DNA of 43,154 nucleotides. It comes from Octopus bimaculoides. Lineage: Eukaryota. The stretch is taken from NCBI RefSeq assembly GCF_001194135.2, contig NC_068986.1, positions 89,371,186 through 89,414,339 of the forward strand, read 5' to 3'. Shown here piece after piece: positions 34,655 through 43,154 of this stretch. The first letter of the stretch is position 1. The number at the start of each line of letters is the position of its first letter. The position numbers were made by a program, and so were the translations under genes. The notes beneath the pieces are model-generated. The model was not told the origin of the DNA. It saw only the letters and a list, made by a program, of their open reading frames with translations, and made no database searches.

Positions 34655-34865
34655 TGTGTGTGTATTTGTGTGTCTGTGTTTGGCCCTCTCCTTTACTTGG
34701 CAACCGATGGTGGCGTGTCTGCGTCCCCGTATCTTAGTGGTTCGGCAAAAAGAGACCGATAGAATAAGTACTAGGCTTACAAAGAATAAGTCCTGGAATC
34801 GATTTGTTCGACTAAAGGCGGTGCTCCAGAATGGCCGCAGTGAAATGACTGAAACAGATAAAAGA
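34564..34865 (+). mobile_element. SINE-like family B, longest copy (middle module, internal (TA)n/(TG)n, 3' module)
   Basis: CCTTGTGGGTGGATTTGGTAGACGGAAACTGAAAGAAGCCCGTCGT, then microsatellite, then the 3' module shared with 5529 and 14605. Confidence 0.85.
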
Positions 34866-36399
34866 ACCTTTTCCTTTCTTTTTTTTTTCAAGTCTTTTCA
34901 CCTTTAAGCCGGGAAGGCATGTAAATATACATGGAGAAATCCTCATCGTTGGGTCGTCAGTATCATAACACTGCCCTATATTAATTATAAATCATAAAGC
35001 GGTTATTTAGTTTGCATCAAATCTGAATATTTGTTAATGTAGTCTGCTTTCAAGGTTTTTAACTTATGTAACGGATAATATTGTTTATAAAATGCTTGTA
35101 AGATGACAATTAAGTATTTTTTTGAACAGATTTTTTAGTTTTGTTTTTCGCAATATATTGCAATCGAGAGGGTATTTACTAGAAAGGAAAAAGTGTAAAA
35201 ATAAATCTATAATTGACAAAAGCAAGAAAATAGATGCAAGTAGAAATACAAAACACATCTACAGAAACAAGTGCAAATTGCGTCACCATTTTAATATCTC
35301 CACTACTATTAACATTCTGTAACTCTACTTGCTCTCACGACATGCTAGAAATAGCAACCAAACATCCCTTGAGTTACTGCGAAACCTCTTAAAAGTAAGC
35401 TTTAAAGAAACTCTGGATTCACTTGACATAGGAAAACGACAAGATGGTCACAGCTGGATTGCTTTTGATCGAAATTCTCTCTCACAGTGAATGTGTTGTT
35501 AAACAACCCTTATAATTCTTTCAATACCAGAATAGCCACTCTCCAAGTCCTAAAACTCCGCCTTCCTCCATCACTACATACATCCAGCCACCCCTACATC
35601 ATCTCCACCACCAACGTTATCATTATCACTGACTACCATCGACCACCACAACCAAAACCAGTTCCTCCACTATCATATTCAAGACCACCGCAACAACTAC
35701 CACCAACATTGCCACGACCACCACAGCCACACCCATCCCATCCCAGTGCAGTGAGTCTCTTCAAAATTTATAGCTAATAATTGAACAGTGCTAACTAATT
35801 AAACACCATTACTTTGTGTGTGTGTTTGTGAGAGAAACAGAGGGAGAAGGAAAGAGAGAGGAAGAGAAATAGGAGAAGCACGCAAAAAGGAAAACAGATA
35901 GAAAGAAACAAAGGGTGAATAAATAAATGAAATAAGAAAGAAAGAAAGAAAGAAAGAAAGGTAGTTTGACAGGTGGGGGTTGTTCCTTAAAAGAACGTCA
36001 GGCAAACCCCATTAAGAGCTAGGGAATGTCGCTAAGTCAATTGTTGGTCCACTTGCCAAGTGTGGCACTAAATATCATCATGATGGTGTGACAGAACTCC
36101 TCATAATTCTTCATCAATACAGTCTTCTCTCTATTTATCAATGTCAAAATGTTCTCGCCTTTTTGGCGCGCGCGCGCATGTGTGTCTATGTGTGTGTGTG
36201 GGGTGGGGATCTGTATATGGACGGATGTTGGGAGAGTAAATAAATGTGGGTCTGTGTAACAACGACTACCAGAACTACAACTACAACACATGACTGTGTG
36301 CGATATCCAGAGCGATACCTGCTGCAGCAACAGTATGAACCTGACACGTCTCTTCTGTGTCATTCATCAAACCAATACCATCATCAGTGACATCGTCGC

Positions 36400-36484
36400 C
36401 ACCACCACCGGCCACCACCGCCACCGCTGCTGCCATCGTCATTGTCATCGTCGTTGTCGTCGTATTCATCATTATCTCACCACT

Positions 36485-36529
<45 letters not shown>

Positions 36530-36530
36530 G

Positions 36531-36561
<31 letters not shown>

Positions 36562-36816
36562 TATCATCATCATCATCTACCATCATCATCATCATCATCG
36601 TCATCATCATCGTCATCATCATCATCATCATCATTATCATCATTATCATCATCATCATCTATCATCACCATCATCATCTATCATCATCATCATCATCGTC
36701 GTCATCATCTATCATCATCACCTGCGTCATTGTCATCACTTGTGTCGTCGTCGTCGTCGTCGCCTTCATCATCGTCATTATCATTATGTTCATCAACATC
36801 CACTCCTTGTAGTTGC

Positions 36817-36850
<34 letters not shown>
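36400..36850. repeat. Long imperfect (CAT)n array
   Basis: Read directly, with CGT/TAT variant units. Confidence 0.95.
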
Positions 36851-36851
<1 letters not shown>

Positions 36852-37189
36852 CTCGCAAAACAGACGACAGCTAGAAGGTCCCTGAAACGGCCGTGTGGTA
36901 AAGAAATAAAATTCCTAAAGTAATTTTTCGGCTTCGATCTCACGGCACGGCCACCAAAGCTTTTGTGTATAATGATACTGGTGGTAACAGTTGTTGCTGT
37001 TTTGCCCTTGGCTCAGCTACTTATGATGAAAGCAATGCCGAACATTGTTCATCGCATCAATCTAGGAATATTTACCAAATGTACTTTCATTTTCCAGGTC
37101 TGCAGGACATGATTTGAAAACGATTTAGATTCAGCATCTACGGGTACTTCTAGCAATATATCTTCTATGTAGTCACCGTTCATATAACT

Positions 37190-37370
37190 ACACCTGTGCC
37201 GTTGGCGATTTCTTTTCCTTCTTTGGAATTTTCCCTTTCTACTCTCTGACAAAGGGCTATTCTTGAAACGCCAAACTTGCTCTTTTACCGAGAGCCAAGA
37301 TAATACATTCCTTATTCACGTCCTCATGTTATCCGTTTTTATTTGAATCGTTTGTTTATTTAAATTTACT
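37190..37370 (+). mobile_element. Penelope-like pLTR relic with degenerate hammerhead at 37242-37276
   Basis: CTGACAA-AGGG-ctat-TCTT-GAAAC-GCC-AAAC (G8 to A, GUC to GCC). Flanks GTTGGCGATTT..CTTTGG and TAATACATTCCTT..ACGTCCTCA parallel 32305-32510. Confidence 0.5.
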
Positions 37371-37576
37371 ATATNNNNNNNNNNNNNNNNNNNNNNNNNN
37401 NNNNNNNNNNNNNNNNNNNNNNNNNNNNNNNNNNNNNNNNNNNNNNNNNNNNNNNNNNNNNNNNNNNNNNNNNNNNNNNNNNNNNNNNNNNNNNNNNNNN
37501 NNNNNNNNNNNNNNNNNNNNNNNNNNNNNNNNNNNNNNNNNNATATATATATATGAGAGTATTGTGTATTGTTTGT

Positions 37577-37848
37577 AAAGAATAAAAAATGTTAAATGGT
37601 ACAACAATGCACTATAATAAAAAAAAAATGGACTATATTCCTGTTGTAATTTTGTTAACTATAGTCCGATAATATTTCGGAATACAAAATTATATAAGAT
37701 TATAGCAGCGACTCCATCTAAGAATATCTGAAGAAGGAATTGTATTCCGAAATATCATCGGACTATAGATAACTAAATTACAATTGGTATATAGTCCATT
37801 TTTATTATTATAGTGCATCGTTGTACCATTCAAAACTTCTTATTCTTT
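37577..37848. repeat. Long imperfect inverted repeat (about 110-bp arms, 52-nt spacer) containing a hammerhead-like core
   Basis: 37577-37687 is the reverse complement of 37740-37848 with about 13 differences by eye. CTGAAGA-A-GGAA-ttgta-TTCC-GAAA spans the spacer and right arm (37728-37752). Confidence 0.9.
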
Positions 37849-38311
37849 ATATATATGTAGTAGACACAACATGTGAGCTATCTCTAGCATATTAAATGTC
37901 CACCCTACTGGTCATCTTTCTATATATAAAAATATACCTTAAACCACTTAGATTTCAGATATTTTTTCTGAATCTCTCGGATTCTTTAAATATGCTAGCT
38001 TCCTGGTAATAAATCGATATTAATTAATATCTGATTTTTACCCTACGTTTTAATTTATATATATATATACGTATATGTTAACAAATACATGTTGTTTTAG
38101 AATTGGAGGGGTTGAGAGATCAGATTATAAACTATGCTATTCCAATACATTTAGTGATGCAAGTGGTATTACTCCATGTGTGAATTGAATCCGAATCAAA
38201 TTTTTGTCGTGCTGTGAACTTAGATAATGTATGACATTGTGCTGTTACGAAACATTTATGCTTGACTATTTCCATTGTTTTCCTTAGTAAAATATACCCA
38301 GGATAAAGCTA

Positions 38312-39059
38312 TCAGGCTGAGTAAAAAGTAAGCAACGTTTTGAATCATGAAATTCATCACAATATATTTCAACAATGCGGAAATTTTATTCGTCAAATTA
38401 AGTACCATTACAATCAACACATTTTTGCCAACGAGTTACAAGTTTCTTTATTCCGGTAACTTAAAAATCTGGAGTTCTGGAACTGATGAACTCTTTGAAC
38501 GCACGTTCAACATCGGTTTGATTTTTTTAACTCCTTCTCTCACAAGAAACCATCAAGATGCTCGAAAAAGTGATAGTCGGTAGGAGAAAAGTCTGAGGAA
38601 TAAGCTGGTTGGGGAAAAACTTCGTAGCCAAGTTGCCTCAACTTCTGGAGCGTCATTAGTGAAACGTGTAGTTGAGCATCGTCATGAAGAATGATTGATC
38701 CTTTTATGTTGACCAGTCTGGAATGGAGGAGTATCAGGTTTTCGTTCATTTGGGCAACTTCATGGCAATATGTTTCTGCAGTAGTGGTTATAGTGGATGA
38801 GTCCAGCAGTACACAACCAAACATTCACCATAACCTTCATTTTGAAGAGCTCGAGTTTAGGGAAGGTTTTCGGTGCTTCATTTTGGTCCAACCACTGCGA
38901 AGAACGTCTTTTATTATTGCATAGAATCCACTTTTCATCGCAAGTTACAATACGGTCGAGAAATGGATTGGTCTGATTATGGAGAAGAAGTGACGAGCAA
39001 ATTTCATATCTGTGCATTTTCTAAATTTCATTCAAATCATGTGGTACCCTTTTGTTTTG

Positions 39060-39101
<42 letters not shown>

Positions 39102-39586
39102 TTTTTTGGTTTTCCAATCGCATGCAAATGGTTACAGCCAGTTTCTGGCTAACTTGAAGTTCTTTTTGCCAGTTCTCGAATAGTTTTGCGCGGATATTTC
39201 TCAATGACGGTCTTTAATTGACCGTCATCGAAGACAAATGAGCGTCCACTACGCTCACAATCTTCAAGGCTCAGGTCTCCACTGCGAAATCGTTTCCTCA
39301 CCAAACATTTCGTTGATATCACAAACAGTTTCAGCTGCTTTGCGTCCTGTTTTGAAGTTCAATAGCAAAATTGCTCGAATATCGCACTTCGACAGTTCCA
39401 TTTCAGATGATGGTAACAACGGTGAAAAAATATCAATGTTAATTTATTGATGCATTTGGGTAAGTCTATGTCTATATTAATTAGACAATTGCCAAAAAAA
39501 AGTATTAAAAAATTTTCAAACTTCTGCAAAACTTCAGTACAAATTCTGCACGGTTCAAAACGTTGCTTACTTTTTACTCAACCGGA
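38312..39586 (-). mobile_element. Full-length (1275 bp) but inactivated mariner DNA transposon, cecropia/Hsmar1-like
   Basis: 33-bp TIRs (38312-38344, 39554-39586; 31/33 identical) and TA duplication at 38310-38311 and 39587-39588. Transposase motifs WVPH-like, FLDRIVTCDEKW, LHDDA..H and QPAYSSDFSPTDYHFF (DD34D family) are spread over several frames. Confidence 0.92.
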
Positions 39587-39688
39587 TAAATAGTGGACAC
39601 GTATTAGGAGTTACACCACAAATACTTCAGAGAAAGTTATACGCGTTATCGTTGTTGTTGTTGTTGTTGCTGCTGCTGCTGCTGCTGC

Positions 39689-39743
<55 letters not shown>

Positions 39744-40713
39744 AAATAGCCCTTTAGTCGAAGCTATTCCAGCAATTGCCATCATTTCACTTTGTATATC
39801 AGGAAATGTTTTGCTTAAGAAGGATAAGGTGTGGTTTGACGACGATTTGCTCTCACCGTTCATGGCAGATCTTAAACCAGCGAAAGGACTATTTCTATAG
39901 TTTATTGCTATCGTCAGTGATCTCCTTGGGAGAAAGTATTTTTTCATGTTACCAATATGACTGGAGGAAAAATACCTCAGGAGATTGTTTTGTTTAGTAA
40001 NNNNNNNNNNNNNNNNNNNNNNNNNNNNNNNNNNNNNNNNNNNNNNNNNNNNNNNNNNNNNNNNNNNNNNNNNNNNNNNNNNNNNNNNNNNNNNNNNNNN
40101 NNNNNNNNNNNNNNNNNNNNNNNNNNNNNNNNNNNNNNNNNNNNNNNNNNNNNNNNNNNNNNNNNNNNNNNNNNNNNNNNNNNNNNNNNNNNNNNNNNNN
40201 NNNNNNNNNNNNNNNNNNNNNNNNNNNNNNNNNNNNNNNNNNNNNNNNNNNNNNNNNNNNNNNNNNNNNNNNNNNNNNNNNNNNNNNNNNNNNNNNNNNN
40301 NNNNNNNNNNNNNNNNNNNNNNNNNNNNNNNNNNNNNNNNNNNNNNNNNNNNNNNNNNNNNNNNNNNNNNNNNNNNNNNNNNNNNNNNNNNNNNNNNNNN
40401 NNNNNNNNNNNNNNNNNNNNNNNNNNNNNNNNNNNNNNNNNNNNNNNNNNNNNNNNNNNNNNNNNNNNNNNNNNNNNNNNNNNNNNNNNNNNNNNNNNNN
40501 NNNNNNNNNNNNNNNNNNNNNNNNNNNNNNNNNNNNNNNNNNNNNNNNNNNNNNNNNNNNNNNNNNNNNNNNNNNNNNNNNNNNNNNNNNNNNNNNNNNN
40601 NNNNNNNNNNNNNNNNNNNNNNNNNNNNNNNNNNNNNNNNNNNNNNNNNNNNNNNNNNNNNNNNNNNNNNNNNNNNNNNNNNNNNNNNNNNNNNNNNNNN
40701 NNNNNNNNNNNNN

Positions 40714-40758
<45 letters not shown>

Positions 40759-41189
40759 CCTCCATCCGTGTTGCACAATATAATGATGTACACAGTTACG
40801 TTGGTGGTGTGCGGTAACTCACGATTTAGTTGTTACAGTTGCTACTGCTGCTCTTTAGCAGCAAATCAGGTTGAGCTACTTACTCTATGTTCAAAGTCAT
40901 TCCAAACATAACAGTTCCATTGACACATGCCCTTCTGTTTTAGTTAGAAGATGTGTTATAACGGAGCTGTATCTAGCAGATCAAGTGACCACATAGAGGT
41001 TCCTTCGTTTAGTTGGCTGTCATTCTAGTTGCTCTTTTTCATCATTACTGTCATTGCTTTTCTGATTCGTCATCATTGACGCCATTCTCATTGAGAATGT
41101 CCTTGTTGTATTCGTTGTGGTGGTTGTTATTTTTATTCTTATTGATACAATCTGTTTTGATGTTACTATCACGGTCATTATTATTGTTG

Positions 41190-41221
41190 TTGCTGTTGTT
41201 TTTGTTGTTGTTGTTGTTGTT

Positions 41222-41295
<74 letters not shown>

Positions 41296-41297
41296 CA
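41190..41297. repeat. Compound (GTT)-(CTT)-(ATT) array
   Basis: Read directly. Confidence 0.95.
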
Positions 41298-41778
41298 TTA
41301 ATGTTTTGTAGTCATTGTTTGTTTTTTGTTCTCTCTTTTTTTTTCTCCCTTGCCTTTTCCCTTCAGAAACAAACATCCATTTTCTTCCGTAATTTCTTGA
41401 AATCATAAAAGAATGTCTCAAATTTAGCTAACATATTTTTTTTTCTATTTTAATTTCTTTTTTCCATTAATTTAATATATTTGAAAAAAAGATAACGAAA
41501 AGAAAAACTTAACAAAACCCACCCAAAAAATTTATTTATTTATATATTTATTTATTTTAAAACACAAATTAAATAACTATATAACAACAAAAATTCAAGA
41601 TATAAATACATAAAATTTTAGTTTTCAATGAAATTATATGTGCTGGGAATTTTAAATGAATGAGATTTCTGCGAAGGGAAGGAGAAGTAATGAAAGAAAT
41701 AGAGATACAGAGGGGAAATGAAAAAAAAGTGTACAAATATAATAGATAAATAAATAAATGATTTGAAAGATTGTGTAT

Positions 41779-41854
<76 letters not shown>

Positions 41855-42089
41855 CGAAGAAAAATTTTTTAATGGATATTTTTTAATTTGTGTGTATATT
41901 TGTTTTTAACTTTTAATTTATTTTAAAATTTTTTTATCAATTTCATTGTGAAAAAAATATGAAAATAAGAAAATTAACAATATATATATATATGCATGTG
42001 TATGTGTGTGTATATATGTATATATGTATATATATGTATAAATTACCCACGTACATATTTACAAACATATATGCATGTGTATAAATATG

Positions 42090-42136
<47 letters not shown>

Positions 42137-42202
42137 CTGTCTGAGTGTGTGTGTATACATACACATTAATACGGATATATATACACACACCCAGGAAGTG
42201 GC

Positions 42203-42246
<44 letters not shown>

Positions 42247-42806
42247 ATAAATGTATACATGTGTTTGAATGCGAGTGTGTCTGTGGGGGTTGTATTATGA
42301 GTGTGAGTATGTGTGTATGAATGTATGTGTAGGATAGTGTATAAATTTTGAAATACCATAATGAAAAATTTAAATGACTGAAATTTGTGTATATGTTAAT
42401 ATAACTTTGTAAATATGTCTTTTTCACAGCGCTGAGAAGAAAAAAAACGCCAATTCACTCATCCCCTACAACCCTAAAAAAACACACGTTTCAAACCTTG
42501 CCACACACCTTAAACAACAACAGCAACAAGAACAACAATTAATGTAGCAGCATCAATAAGCCAACAACAAAACAATAACAGCAGCCCATAATAGCAATGA
42601 ATTAAGCAATTGCAAATGTGCCAAGATAATAAACTAATGTAGTTGCTTTCTCCCTTTAAAATTATTGTTATAAAGGTGAGGGGCGATTGAAAAAGACACA
42701 CGTCATGATACATAATGTTACATTGTACATCACACATATTCACATTGTACATGTATATAAATTCCTATACATTAATATATAACACTCACTTTCTCTCTTT
42801 CCGTGA

Positions 42807-42857
<51 letters not shown>

Positions 42858-42906
42858 NNNNNNNNNNNNNNNNNNNNNNNNNNNNNNNNNNNNNNNNNNN
42901 NNNNNN

Positions 42907-42945
<39 letters not shown>

Positions 42946-43033
42946 AATACAAATAATATATGAGTATATGCATATATACGTATATATATGTACATACCTA
43001 CATCTACATGTATGCATAGATGCATATCTGGGC

Positions 43034-43125
43034 ACAGGACGTTGCAAAAAAAAACGTGGACAAAATGATAAACAGAGTACAGAAAACACACTGGCCACAT
43101 AGAGAACATTTCCTTCATCAGCTGC
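43034..43125 (-). ncRNA. Hammerhead ribozyme relic (one core substitution), PLE type
   Basis: Minus strand GCAG-CTGATGA-AGGAAA-[57 nt]-TTTTTT-GCAAC-GTC-CTGT: stem I GCAG/CTGT, GUC triplet, GAAA altered to GCAA. Confidence 0.55.
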
Positions 43126-43154
43126 CACCATTCTAAAACTAAGCATTTTATATA

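Noticed and set aside
39885-39925. Minus-strand CTGACGA-TAG..CTA-TA-GAAA
   Set aside because: Two extra bases separate stem II from GAAA and stem I does not pair.

Overview
Eukaryotic, AT-rich, repeat-saturated non-coding DNA (intergenic or intronic) from a short-read-type assembly with 10 N-gaps, most of them flanked by microsatellites. The very dense di-, tri- and tetranucleotide repeats and the SINE families suggest a cephalopod (Octopus-like) genome; this is inference, not database-checked. I cannot support any intact host protein-coding gene, rRNA, tRNA gene or CRISPR array, and almost all ORFs in the supplied track are microsatellite artefacts. Supported content: decayed non-LTR retrotransposons (two RLE/REL-nuclease LINEs, Tx1/L1, RTE, CR1-like), a Helitron Rep-helicase fragment, a full-length but inactivated mariner with TIRs and TA duplication, and at least three tRNA-derived SINE families, two copies showing target-site duplications. 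The signals most worth follow-up are non-coding. (1) A series of hammerhead-ribozyme motifs of the Penelope-like-element (PLE) minimal type; one at 31829-31952 (minus strand) has an intact catalytic core but an 89-nt insert in stem II. (2) A 293-bp foldback element with a 9-bp target duplication whose interior is a head-to-head TTAGGG/CCCTAA array. (3) A 110-bp-arm inverted repeat built from a hammerhead-bearing repeat. (4) A shared 3' terminal motif linking one SINE family to the CR1-like LINE. None of these is demonstrated to be novel; each needs the stated computation or assay.
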